64,000 nt of DNA. Source: an uncultured Acidimicrobiales bacterium (GTDB lineage: Bacteria > Actinomycetota > Acidimicrobiia > Acidimicrobiales > DATKAS01). The translations under genes and the position numbers were made by a program. Shown here piece after piece: positions 49,091-58,536 of this stretch. Below the pieces are notes generated by a model, which was not told where the DNA came from, ran no database searches, and saw only the letters and a list, made by a program, of their open reading frames with translations. The stretch's first letter is position 1; every line of letters begins with the position of its first letter. Where the stretch lies: contig CAVUAV010000011.1 in assembly GCA_963739555.1 (NCBI GenBank), positions 92,558 to 156,557 on the forward strand, given 5' to 3'.

Positions 49091-49615
49091 TTGGATGGAC
49101 ACGTGGATGTCGATGTGCCGGTTTGGAAGCTGCTCGACGGTCGCGAGATCTCCATCCGGCCGATCTCACCGGCCGACAGCGATGCCCTCGTGCGGTTCCA
49201 CCAAAGCCTCAGCGACGAAACGACGCGGCTGCGCTTCTTCGTGATCCACCCGGAGCTCGCGTCCACAGAGGTCGTCTACTTCACTCAGCTCGACCATCAC
49301 GACCGTGAGGCGCTGCTCGCGCTCGTCGGGGACGACATCGTCGGTGTCGGTCGGTACGACCGCATGCGCCAGACGAGCGACGCAGAGGTGGCGTTCGTCG
49401 TCGCCGACGGCTGGCAAGGCAAGGGCATCGGCACGCATCTGCTCGAACACCTCGTACGCCGGGCGACGGCAGAAGGTGTCACCCGATTCTTCGCGGACAC
49501 GCTCGCCGAGAACTACCGCATGCGTGGGGTCTTTCGCGACTCAGGGCTACTCACCGAATCGGTGACGCGGGCCAATGTCGTCCACGTCGTTCTCGACCTC
49601 CGACTCTGCCCCTGA
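49091..49615 (+). CDS. GNAT N-acetyltransferase (Pat-type stand-alone domain)
   Basis: LDGREISIRPI, LSDETTRLRFF, VGVGRY, AEVAFVVADGWQGKGIG and ENYRM. Confidence 0.88.
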   Translation: MDGHVDVDVPVWKLLDGREISIRPISPADSDALVRFHQSLSDETTRLRFFVIHPELASTEVVYFTQLDHHDREALLALVGDDIVGVGRYDRMRQTSDAEVAFVVADGWQGKGIGTHLLEHLVRRATAEGVTRFFADTLAENYRMRGVFRDSGLLTESVTRANVVHVVLDLRLCP

Positions 49616-49633
49616 GCGACTCCGAGCTGCTCG

Positions 49634-50167
49634 TCACCGGCGCGCCGGAGCGTACGAGGTGAGGGAGCCACCCCAAGCCTCAGCCCGATCGGCTTCGCCG
49701 GCCAGCAGATGGTTCTCGCTGTCGACGACGAAGCTCTCGGGCTCGGCAGCGAGGTGATAGCCGAGCTCCGCCAGTCGTCTCCCTATCCCCTTCGAGGCCC
49801 GGCCGGTGAGCAATGCGGGAGCGTCGGTCCGTGTGTCGAAAGCGGCGGCGGCACGGGGCGCGGTCGCGGGCAACCCGTGGAACCAATCCCGGAGACCTTC
49901 ACCTTCCGCGTCCGGATCGAGTTCCAGCGTCTTGCCTGGCTTGTGCGCCGCGTCTCGGCCGGCCTGCCTGGATCGCGTGCTCGACATGCTGTGCACGTGG
50001 GTCGGGCCTCCGACGACCAACAGGTCCGCGGCCGCCACAAGATCCGCCGTGGCCCCCTCGACGGAGACCACGTCCACCTCGAACTCAGGGCCGAGACCCG
50101 CCCCTATGTGGTTCGCGACGACGTGGGTGTTCCCGTATATCGACTCGTAGACGATCAGTGCGCGCAT
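49634..50167 (-). CDS. Flavodoxin-domain protein
   Basis: IVYESIYGNT, LVVGGPTH and AAFDTR. Confidence 0.88.
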   Translation of the reverse strand: MRALIVYESIYGNTHVVANHIGAGLGPEFEVDVVSVEGATADLVAAADLLVVGGPTHVHSMSSTRSRQAGRDAAHKPGKTLELDPDAEGEGLRDWFHGLPATAPRAAAAFDTRTDAPALLTGRASKGIGRRLAELGYHLAAEPESFVVDSENHLLAGEADRAEAWGGSLTSYAPARR

Positions 50168-50255
50168 GATCGGAGCATGGGCTGGCGATGGATCTCGTGG
50201 TAGGGCCAAAGGTATTCACGACTTCGATTCACCACTCGTCTGCGGGGCAGACTCG

Positions 50256-50681
50256 TCACGCAACGCTGATCGGGTCGCGCACCAAGTAGAGGCGCGGGCG
50301 TGGGTCATCGATGCGCTCTGCCGGTTCTTCGATGAGTCCGGCCAGCCCGCACACGTCGAGAAACGCTTGGCGCACCTGACGGGAGCGCACCGTCAGCCCA
50401 CGCGAGTGCGCTCGCAGGAAGTCTCGGGCCCGCACGATGACGGTCACGGTGGCGGCACCCATGAACTTCACCCCGCTCAGGTCGACGACGACCTCGGCGT
50501 CGTCGAGCGCGATCCCCCGGGCCATGGCTTCCGACAGCTCGGCGAGTGTCGAGATGTCGTGGTCGCCGTACAGCGACACGACAGTACGGTCGACGTCGGG
50601 CTCGACGACCGTTATCGGGTCTGGGCGAAAGCCGCCGCGCTGCTCTCCCAATTGTACGACCGCTGGGCCGCTTGCTTCCAA
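50256..50681 (-). CDS. STAS-domain anti-sigma-factor antagonist (start uncertain)
   Basis: VVSLYGDHDIST, VVVDLSGVKFMGAA and LDVCGL. Confidence 0.75.
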   Translation of the reverse strand: MEASGPAVVQLGEQRGGFRPDPITVVEPDVDRTVVSLYGDHDISTLAELSEAMARGIALDDAEVVVDLSGVKFMGAATVTVIVRARDFLRAHSRGLTVRSRQVRQAFLDVCGLAGLIEEPAERIDDPRPRLYLVRDPISVA

Positions 50682-53037
50682 TGGTGTTCGCAGCGACTAT
50701 CCCCGACGTGTTCGGTGACGACGAGCTTCGGCTCGAGCGCGCGTACCTCGATGCTGCGTACGACCGAGTCCTGGCCATGCGCAGCTCGGCTGAGCGCATG
50801 GCCGGCACGGCCCGGCTCACCGAGACCAGGAGTGCGCAGGGGTTGTTCGAGCGCGACAGCGCCATCGCGCACGCCGGCCACCGGCTGGCTGCGCTCGACA
50901 TCGCCAAGGACCGCCTGCTCGTCGGGCGCCTCGACCTCGCCGACGGCGGCTGCCTCTACGTGGGTCGCGTCGCCGTCGCTGACGAGCGCGGCGACCCGCT
51001 CGTCGTCGACTGGCGCGGCGCCGGCGGCCGAGCCGTTCTACCGGGCGTTGCCCCATGACCCCATGGGCGTCGTGCGCCGACGCCACTTCCGATGGCGACA
51101 CGGCGAGCTCGTCGGGCTCGAGGACGAAGTGTTCGACGTCACTGCCGCAGGCGACGCCGGACTCCACCTCGTGGGCGAGGGCGCGCTCATGGCCGCGCTC
51201 GACGCGCCACGAACCGGCCGCATGCACGACGTCGTCGCAACGATCCAGGCCGAGCAGGATGTCGTGATCCGACGCCCCCGCGCCGGGGTGACGGTCGTGC
51301 AGGGGGCGCCTGGCACCGGCAAGACAGCCGTGGCGCTCCACCGCGCCGCCTACCTCCTCTACGCGGAGAGGACGCACTTGACCAGCGCCGTGCTCTTCGT
51401 CGGTCCGTCGACGACGTTCTTGCGGTACGTCGAGGATGTCGTTCCCTCGCTCGGTGAGGACCGGGTCGTTCTCGCCACGCCGGCCGACCTGGGTCCCGCC
51501 GTCACTGTGGCGAAGATCGACTCTCCCGCCGCGGCCGCGGTCAAGGGCGACCTCCGCATGGTCGACGTGCTTGGCCGAGCGGTCCGCGCTCACGAGCGGG
51601 CACCGCGGGCGGGCATCGAGCTGTGGGCAGGCCGGTTCCGTCTCGTCGTCGACCACGACCACCTCGCCGCCATCGTCACGACAGCAAGGCGAAGGTCGAC
51701 CACACACAACGGCGGCCGCCCGCTCGTGGAGCGCCTCCTTCTGCGCCGCGCTGGACACCTCGTATCGCGACGGTCTCGAACGCGACCATCGGATCGGCCG
51801 CATCGGCTCGGAAGGAGTCCGCTACGCGCCAGAGCTCCTCGACGTGATCGACCGAGGCGCGCTCGCGCAGGCCGTTCACACCATCTGGCCGCTGCTCACT
51901 CCCGAAGTGCTCGTGCGCCGCGTCCTCGCGTCTCCACGGCGTCTCGCGAATGCCGGGCGCGACATCCTCACGGAGGATGAGCTCGATGCGCTCTCTCCGT
52001 CGAACGAGGAAGACGACGGATGGAGCGAGGCCGACGTCGCCCTGCTCGACGAAGCCGACGTGCTCCTCGGCCCCATCCCCGCGCGCCCTCGGCGCAGCGA
52101 ATCGCGGCGACGCTCGCTCGATCACGTGGCCGAGCGCATCTTGGAAGAGCGACTGCCGGAGTGCCCGCGCTGCGGGCGCCCACTCGAGTACCGCCCGGGC
52201 GACGCGTCAGGCAGCGACCGGCTGGAGTGCCGCGAGTGCAAGGTCAGGTACGCGACGACCGCGCTCATGGGAGATTCGGCCGCCAACGAGCTGCACGGCG
52301 TGTACGAGGAGCTGAGCAGCCAGTTCGCTTCCGGAGACTCGCCGACGCTGCGTCCGGCCGACGTGCGCTACGGCCACGTCGTGGTCGACGAAGCGCAAGA
52401 TCTCTCGCCCATGCAGTGGCGGGCGGTCGGTCGACGATGCCCGACCCAGTCGTTCACCCTCGCAGGCGACGAAGCGCAGGCAGTCCGCGCGGGATCGGCA
52501 GCGACATGGGACCGCATCCTCGAGGCGCTCGACGTCGCGGCCGACTCGGTGTCGCGCCACGAGCTCACGGTGAACTACCGCACCCCGGCCGAAGTCATGG
52601 AGATGGCCGCCCGTCTGCTCGAGCAGTTCGCACCGCACCTGCATCCGGCCCGCTCTGTCCGCGCCTCTGGGGTCGGTCCGCGCCGCGTGCACACCGGCAG
52701 CCGAGCAGTAGCCGTGGCGGACATCGCCGGCGCGGTCGCCGACATCCGCAGCGAGGTCGGACCGGGGCTGGTGGCGGTGGTCGGTCCCGCGCACCTGGTC
52801 CGCGACCGGGACAGCGGTGTCGAACATCTCACCGCCGTAGACGCGAAGGGGTTGGAGTTCGACGGCGTCGTCGTCGCGGATCCCGAGGCCATCATCCGCG
52901 AGTCGCCGGGAGCTACAGGCATGGCCCGCCTCTATGTCGCGCTCACCAGGGCGACGACGAGGCTGACGATCCTCGCACCGGCGCCGCCCGGACCGCCGCT
53001 CGACGACGTGCTCGGAGCGTTCGAGCCGATCGGCTGA
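50681..53037 (+). CDS. helD: HelD/HelR-like RNA polymerase recycling ATPase (frameshifts near 51015 and 51750)
   Basis: YVGR...VVDWR.PAAEPFY.A, MHDVVATIQAEQD, QGAPGTGKTAVALHRAAYLLY, GHVVVDEAQDLSPMQW, LTVNYRTP, KGLEFD and LYVALTRAT. Confidence 0.85.
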
Positions 53038-53085
53038 CCGGAAGCCCTCCATGTAGGCGTCGACCTTGTCTGTGTGCGTGCTCAT
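53038..53085 (-). pseudogene. N-terminal stub resembling a SnoaL/NTF2-family protein
   Basis: MSTHTDKVDAYMEGFR ends exactly at the helD stop codon. Confidence 0.4.
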
Positions 53086-53131
53086 GGTGCAAACAGAATG
53101 CCCACGCGAGGCATCGCGCGAAACTCTCGCC

Positions 53132-53503
53132 GTGCTGCGACTGGGAACGATCGTGCTCGGTGCCGAGGACGTCGGCCGGGCCGTCGCGTTCTGGGCTGGC
53201 GCGTTCGGCTACGAGGCCGTCTCGTTCCCGGGTGCCGATGACGAGTTCACGATCCTGGTCCCGCCCGAGCGCGTCGGAACCCGGATCGCTGTGCATCGGT
53301 CGGTCTCTCCGGCGCAGGAGCAGCCGCGGGTCCACATGGATCTCGTGGTCGACAGCCAGACCGAACAGGCTTCGGAGATCGAACGGCTTCTCGCTCTCGG
53401 GGCGAGTCGCGTGGCGTGGAGCTACCCCAGCGACCCTGACTTCGTGGTGTTGGCCGACCCCGAGGGCAACCGCTTCTGCATCGTCGACGCCAGCCACACC
53501 TGA
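53132..53503 (+). CDS. VOC / glyoxalase-like protein
   Basis: AVAFWAGAFGY, PRVHMDL and FVVLADPEGNRFCIV. Confidence 0.88.
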   Translation: MLRLGTIVLGAEDVGRAVAFWAGAFGYEAVSFPGADDEFTILVPPERVGTRIAVHRSVSPAQEQPRVHMDLVVDSQTEQASEIERLLALGASRVAWSYPSDPDFVVLADPEGNRFCIVDASHT

Positions 53504-53572
53504 CAGCCGCGCTTGACGCAACGCGCCGCGGCTGTGACTGTCGCACGCGACCTGAGCGCCGAGGGGGTACAG

Positions 53573-54496
53573 GTGGCAGATCTTCATTTGGTGTGCGACG
53601 GACTCCGCTTCCCGGAGGGTCCGATCGCCATGGACGACGGCACTGTCGTGGTCGTCGAGATCCAGAGCGGCACGTTGGCCCGCGTCAGTCCCGACGGCGG
53701 CGTCACTCGGGTGGCCGACACGAAAGGCGGACCGAACGGCGCCGCGATCGGACCCGACGGGAAGGTGTACGTCTGCAACAACGGCGGCTTCGAGTGGGCT
53801 GAGTTCAATGGCATGACCGCGCCCGGCCCGCAGCCAGCCGACTACATCGGCGGGCGGATCCAGCGCGTCGACATCGACACGGGCGAGGTCGAGGACCTCT
53901 ACACCGAGTGCGATGGGTTCGGGTTGCGAGGGCCGAATGACATCGTCTTCGACGACATCGGTGGGTTCTACTTCACCGACCTCGGCAAGTCGCGGGCTCG
54001 CGAGGTCGACAAGGGCGGCGTGTACTACGCAGCCGCCGACGGCTCGTCGATCAAGAACGTCGTCTACGGGCTCGACCACGCCAACGGCATCGCGCTCTCA
54101 CCCGACGGCAGCCGCGTGTACGTCGCCGAGACGATGACAGGGCGGCTCTGGTCGTGGGACATCGAGTCACCTGGCGTCTTCAAGCCCGGTACGACGCCCA
54201 TTGCGCCCGGCACGTTGCACTACGACTTCGAAGGCTTCCAGCTCCTCGACTCGATGGCCGTCGACAGCGAGGGGAACGTGTGCGTGGCGACCCTCGTCAC
54301 CGGGGCGATCAGCGTGATCAGCCCGGAGGGCAAGATGGTCGAGCAGATCCGGGTGCCGAAGTACGACGTGTTCGTCACGAACATCTGCTTCGGTGGGCCT
54401 GACCTTCGCACCGCGTACATCACGTCTTCGGGCCTCGGCTTGCTCTACGCGACCGAGTGGCCGGTGCCCGGCCTGCGGCTCAGCTACAACGCATAG
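53573..54496 (+). CDS. SMP-30 / gluconolactonase / LRE family protein
   Basis: GLRFPEGP, GGPNG, GPNDIVFD, ANGIALSPDG and TNICFGGPDL. Confidence 0.92.
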   Translation: MADLHLVCDGLRFPEGPIAMDDGTVVVVEIQSGTLARVSPDGGVTRVADTKGGPNGAAIGPDGKVYVCNNGGFEWAEFNGMTAPGPQPADYIGGRIQRVDIDTGEVEDLYTECDGFGLRGPNDIVFDDIGGFYFTDLGKSRAREVDKGGVYYAAADGSSIKNVVYGLDHANGIALSPDGSRVYVAETMTGRLWSWDIESPGVFKPGTTPIAPGTLHYDFEGFQLLDSMAVDSEGNVCVATLVTGAISVISPEGKMVEQIRVPKYDVFVTNICFGGPDLRTAYITSSGLGLLYATEWPVPGLRLSYNA

Positions 54497-55451
54497 GCCA
54501 GTTCTGACGCGACCCCGCCGACCGTTTGCTCACTCGGAAACGTTTGGGCAGTTCACAGAGCGGCCAGTGAGCAAACGGTGCGGCAGATGGGGCCATCAGC
54601 GGCGTGCCCGGGCCGATGGGCGTGCTCAGCTCGCCGCTCCACTCGTCCCAAGGCTGCGGGTTCTGCGCGTAGCCGCCGCTCGCGCTCCAACCGCCGTCGA
54701 CGCTCAACACGACGCCGGTCACGAAGCTCGACGCGTCAGAGGCAAGGAACAAGAAGGGTCCGACGAGCTCGGGCAGCTCCCCCATGCGCCGCATCGGTGT
54801 GCGGCTGCGCATCCAGTCGGCCATCCCCGAGTCTTCGAGGAGCGTGCGCGTCATCTCGGAGATGAAGAAGTTCGGCGCCAGCGCGTTCACGCGAAGGTTG
54901 CGGTCCCCCCACTCGCACGCGAGCAACCGCGTCAGCTGGTTCACACCGCCCTTCGCAGCGAAGTAGCCAGCGGTCCGATTCTCCGCTCCCGCGTTGCCGA
55001 AGATCGACGAGAGGTTGATCACGCTGCCGCCACCGTCGCGCAGCATCTCGGGGGCGGCCGCCCTCGTCATGTAGAAGAGGCCGACGAGATCAGTGCCCAC
55101 CATCTTGGCGAACATCTCCGGCTCGCAGCGTTCTGTGCGCACAAGACGATCGTCTGCCCATCCCGCGTTGTTGACGAGGATGTCGATGTGACCGAACGCG
55201 GTCATCGCCTCGCGGACGACCGCTTCGCAGTCTTCGTAGATCGTCACGTCACCGGTGACTGCCACGCATCGACGCCCCAAGCCCTCCACGAGCCGCTTGG
55301 TGTCCTCGAGCTTGTCCTTCGAGCGAGCAGTCACGACGACGTCGGCGCCAGCTGATGCCAGCACCTCCGCGAACAGCACCCCTAGTCCGTAGGACGCGCC
55401 GGTGACGATGGCGACCTTGCCATCCAGTCGGAACGTGTTGGTCAGATCCAC
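54480..55451 (-). CDS. SDR oxidoreductase (3' end probably over-extended)
   Basis: TGASYGLG, NNAG, YFAAKGG, VNALAP and SVDGGWS. Confidence 0.9.
   Translation of the reverse strand: MDLTNTFRLDGKVAIVTGASYGLGVLFAEVLASAGADVVVTARSKDKLEDTKRLVEGLGRRCVAVTGDVTIYEDCEAVVREAMTAFGHIDILVNNAGWADDRLVRTERCEPEMFAKMVGTDLVGLFYMTRAAAPEMLRDGGGSVINLSSIFGNAGAENRTAGYFAAKGGVNQLTRLLACEWGDRNLRVNALAPNFFISEMTRTLLEDSGMADWMRSRTPMRRMGELPELVGPFLFLASDASSFVTGVVLSVDGGWSASGGYAQNPQPWDEWSGELSTPIGPGTPLMAPSAAPFAHWPLCELPKRFRVSKRSAGSRQNWPMRCS
54521..54579. repeat. Long-loop inverted repeat between convergent genes
   Basis: accgtttgctcact-N31-agtgagcaaacggt, with perfect 14-bp arms. Confidence 0.65.
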
Positions 55452-55627
55452 TGGCCCATCCCCCTCGTCGATGTCCGCTCAGCCTGAAGGACGCGCCGCG
55501 ATCCTTCAAGTGCGACGAGGGATGGGGACGCAAGATCTTCGTCTTCATCGCGGAGTCGGCGGCCACACGTCCGCATGCCGAACGCACTACGTTCCGGTCC
55601 GGCTCGCGAGGCTCTAGGGAGGCCCAA

Positions 55628-56479
55628 GTGTCCGTTGTATTGATCACCGGCTGTTCGAGTGGCATCGGGCTGCACACCAGTGTCGCGTTCGCCCGCAACG
55701 GAGACACCGTTGTGGCGACGATGCGGAACATGTCCAAGGTGGGTGCGCTGCGGAAGGCTGCGGCCGACGCGGGAGTCGAGGTAGAGGTGCTCGAGCTGGA
55801 CGTGACCGACGACGCATCAGCGCGATCCGCAGTGAGCGACGTTCTCGCGCGGCACCGGCGGATCGACGTTCTGGTGAACAACGCTGGTGTCGGGCTCTCG
55901 GGGGCCGTCGAGGACTTCCCCGAGGATCAGGCTCGCGCCAGTCTCGAGACCAATTTCTGGGGCCCTGTGCGCATGATCCGCCTCGTGCTGCCGACCATGC
56001 GCGCGCAGGGCGGCGGAGTGATCGTGAACATGAGCTCGATCACCGGTCGCCTCCCCTCGTTTCCGTGCTACGGGTTCTACGCCGCGGGGAAGCACGCCCT
56101 CGGAGCGATGTCCGAATCGCTCGCAGCGGAGGTCGCGCCGTTCGGCATCCGCGTGCTTTGCGTCGAGCCGGGCTACTACCTCACCGCTCTGACCGACACA
56201 GTCGACACGTTGGGCGCGCAGCTCGATCCGAGCTCGCCCTACGTTGACCTCAGTCACTTCATGCTCGACTTCACCAAGGACGCGCTGGTGCACGGTGGGG
56301 ATCCGGCCGACGTCGCCGACGTCGTGCTCGCGGCAGTCGCCGATGAGGCCAGTCCCCTGCACGTGCACGTCGGCGCGGACGCCGACGGGTATCTCGACCT
56401 CTGGCGCGAGACCGGCACGTTCGAAGCGTTCACAGCGGCCGCCAACGCCCTTCTCGCTGAAGGTAGCCAGCCCAGCTGA
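55628..56479 (+). CDS. SDR oxidoreductase
   Basis: TGCSSGIG, NNAG, YAAGK and VEPG. Confidence 0.92.
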   Translation: MSVVLITGCSSGIGLHTSVAFARNGDTVVATMRNMSKVGALRKAAADAGVEVEVLELDVTDDASARSAVSDVLARHRRIDVLVNNAGVGLSGAVEDFPEDQARASLETNFWGPVRMIRLVLPTMRAQGGGVIVNMSSITGRLPSFPCYGFYAAGKHALGAMSESLAAEVAPFGIRVLCVEPGYYLTALTDTVDTLGAQLDPSSPYVDLSHFMLDFTKDALVHGGDPADVADVVLAAVADEASPLHVHVGADADGYLDLWRETGTFEAFTAAANALLAEGSQPS

Positions 56480-56520
56480 CTCGTCAGGACATCGCCGAAG
56501 GGGATGAGTCGCTGTGCCGT

Positions 56521-56952
56521 TCAGGCGAGCGCAAACGGTCTTCCCGAGCCCGTGGCACACAACAGGCGGAGACTCTCCAGGTAGTAGCCCCAGTTGAAGT
56601 TGTAGACGCCGTAGTAGTCGTCCTCGAGCTCGACGGCGTAGTCCTGCCAGAAGCGCAGCCGAGTTCGTCCGTCGTCGAGCGCGGCCACCTGGAAGCGGAA
56701 GGTGCTGTCTTGCCAGGGTTCGTGGCCGCTGACGCACCGCCATCCGAGCTGCGTTGATCCGTCGGCTTCCGTGATCTCCATGACCGGATTGAAGTCTCCG
56801 GTGAAGGTCCACCGCACCTTCGTTCCGACGTTCGCGTCGGCGGCCTCGACGGTGGTGCTCCACCACCCGGCCATCCGGTCATGCTCCGTGAGAGCGGTCC
56901 AGACTGCTTCGGGGTCAGCCTCGATGTCTACGACGTGATGGATCGTCTTCAC
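56521..56952 (-). CDS. SRPBCC (AHSA1-like) protein
   Basis: PEAVWTALT..GWW and WGYYLESLRLLCATGSG. Confidence 0.85.
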   Translation of the reverse strand: MKTIHHVVDIEADPEAVWTALTEHDRMAGWWSTTVEAADANVGTKVRWTFTGDFNPVMEITEADGSTQLGWRCVSGHEPWQDSTFRFQVAALDDGRTRLRFWQDYAVELEDDYYGVYNFNWGYYLESLRLLCATGSGRPFALA

Positions 56953-56965
56953 CGCGCACCTGCTC

Positions 56966-57277
56966 TCACGGCTGGCGGTTGCCCGCAACCATCTCGTAGT
57001 CGGTGAAGAGGACGGGACCAGCGACGAGGTGTGGTCTGTAGACGTCTTCGAAGCGCCTCACGGCGTCGGAGCTGCCATGGGCCTTGTGGGCTTGCTCGTC
57101 CTCGAAGGTGAAGAGGTGGACGAACCGGGTGGGGTCGTCGCTCTGCTGCCACGCGAAGTACATGCGAGTGCCCGGCTCGTTCGTCTTGACGTAGTCGACG
57201 AAGTCGGCGATGGCAGCCTTCACGCTCTCCACGCCGGCGGCATCCACCTGGTAGTGCGCGGTCTGGAAGATGGGCAT
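56966..57277 (-). CDS. Antibiotic biosynthesis monooxygenase (ABM) family protein
   Basis: RBS AGGAGG; NEPGTRMY and FEDEQAHKAH. Confidence 0.8.
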   Translation of the reverse strand: MPIFQTAHYQVDAAGVESVKAAIADFVDYVKTNEPGTRMYFAWQQSDDPTRFVHLFTFEDEQAHKAHGSSDAVRRFEDVYRPHLVAGPVLFTDYEMVAGNRQP

Positions 57278-57310
57278 CGTTGTTCCTCCTTGGCGCCTCA
57301 GCCACGAACG

Positions 57311-57365
57311 TTCAACCTGTCTGTTGAAGATACTCCGGCCTGATACGTTCAACAAGATGGTTGAG
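57311..57365. promoter_or_regulatory. Two ArsR operators in the divergent region
   Basis: TTCAAC-ctgtct-GTTGAA (57311-57328) and TTCAAC-aagatg-GTTGAG (57348-57365, spanning the ATG). Confidence 0.7.
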
Positions 57366-57689
57366 GATTCCACGCTCGATGTCGCATTCTCGGCCCTCGC
57401 TGATCCCACTCGACGGGCTCTCCTGAGCACCCTCCGGAAGGGCGACGCACGCATCACCGATCTCGCCGCGCGCCTTCCCATGAGCTTCGCGGGGGTGTCG
57501 CGCCACGTCGGTGTGTTGGAGTCTGCGGGCCTCATCCGCCGCGAGGTGCGGGGCCGGGAGCACTGGCTGTCGGTGCGGCCCGAAGGCTTCCGCTCCGCCG
57601 AGCGGTGGATCGCGCAGCAGACGACGTTCTGGTCCGAGCGAGCTGACGCTCTCACGGAGCGCCTGCAACGGAAGAACGGAAGCCGGTGA
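57357..57689 (+). CDS. ArsR/SmtB family transcriptional regulator
   Basis: FSALADPTRRALL and SRHVGVLESAGLI...GRE. Confidence 0.92.
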   Translation: MVEDSTLDVAFSALADPTRRALLSTLRKGDARITDLAARLPMSFAGVSRHVGVLESAGLIRREVRGREHWLSVRPEGFRSAERWIAQQTTFWSERADALTERLQRKNGSR

Positions 57690-58123
57690 CGCTTCCCGAG
57701 CCCGCTGCCGCCTGGGTGCAACGTGTCCTGCCGGCGCCTCCGGAAGAGGTCTTCCACGAGTGGGTCGACGCGGAGGCGATGCGGGAGTGGATGTGTCCGC
57801 GTCCGTCTCACGCGACGAACGTGATGCTCGACCCGGTTGTGGGCGGCGGGCTACGGATCGACATCAGAGACGAGGGCTCCGACTTCTACGTGATCGGCAC
57901 CTACCTCGAGATCGATCCGCCTCACAAGCTCAGCTTCACTTGGAGCTCGTCGACCTGGGACGACCCCACAGCGCAGAGCATCGTGACGGTGACACTCGAG
58001 CCGCATGGCGAGTCGAGCACGCTCATGACGATCGACCATGTGCTGCTACCGGCGTCGATCATCGAGGAGTACCAACGCGGGTGGACGGCCATCGTCGACC
58101 AGCTCGAGTCGCGACTGCTCTAG
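57686..58123 (+). CDS. SRPBCC (AHSA1) protein
   Basis: APPEEVFHEW, GTYLEIDPPHKLSFTW and GW; coupled to the ArsR gene. Confidence 0.88.
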   Translation: MTLPEPAAAWVQRVLPAPPEEVFHEWVDAEAMREWMCPRPSHATNVMLDPVVGGGLRIDIRDEGSDFYVIGTYLEIDPPHKLSFTWSSSTWDDPTAQSIVTVTLEPHGESSTLMTIDHVLLPASIIEEYQRGWTAIVDQLESRLL

Positions 58124-58531
58124 CGAGCCGTCCCCAGCCGGACGATCGTTGCGAGCTGGTCTTCGGTCAGCGGCACGACCGACAGCCTCGACTGCCGGAC
58201 GAGCGGACTCGTCGCGAACATCGGCTCGGCCTTGATCTCCGCGAGCGTGACCGCGCGGGCAAGCGCGCTGACGGGTGCGATGTCGACCCACACCCTCTTG
58301 CCATTCGGCATCGGTCGGATCTGGGTAGCCGGCCTTCACCACCTTCGCGAGACCGACCGCGGCCTTGTCGGTCTGCGAGTGGTACACGACGACGGTGTCG
58401 CCCTTGGCCATCGTGCGCAGGTTCAGCTGCGCCTGCGGGTTGGTGACGCCATCCCAATGCGTCTTGCGGTCACGGACGAGATCTGCCCAGCTGTACTCGC
58501 CGGGCTCGGTCTTCACGAGCCAGCTCGCCAT
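58120..58531 (-). CDS. EVE domain protein (frameshift near 58310)
   Basis: WLVKTEP, WDGVTNPQA, YHS, VTLAEIK and RQSRLSV. Confidence 0.88.
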
Positions 58532-58536
58532 CGGCT

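Noticed and set aside
55452-55627. Possible structured RNA between the divergent SDR genes
   Set aside because: Only short GC-rich complementarities, with no recognisable riboswitch core.
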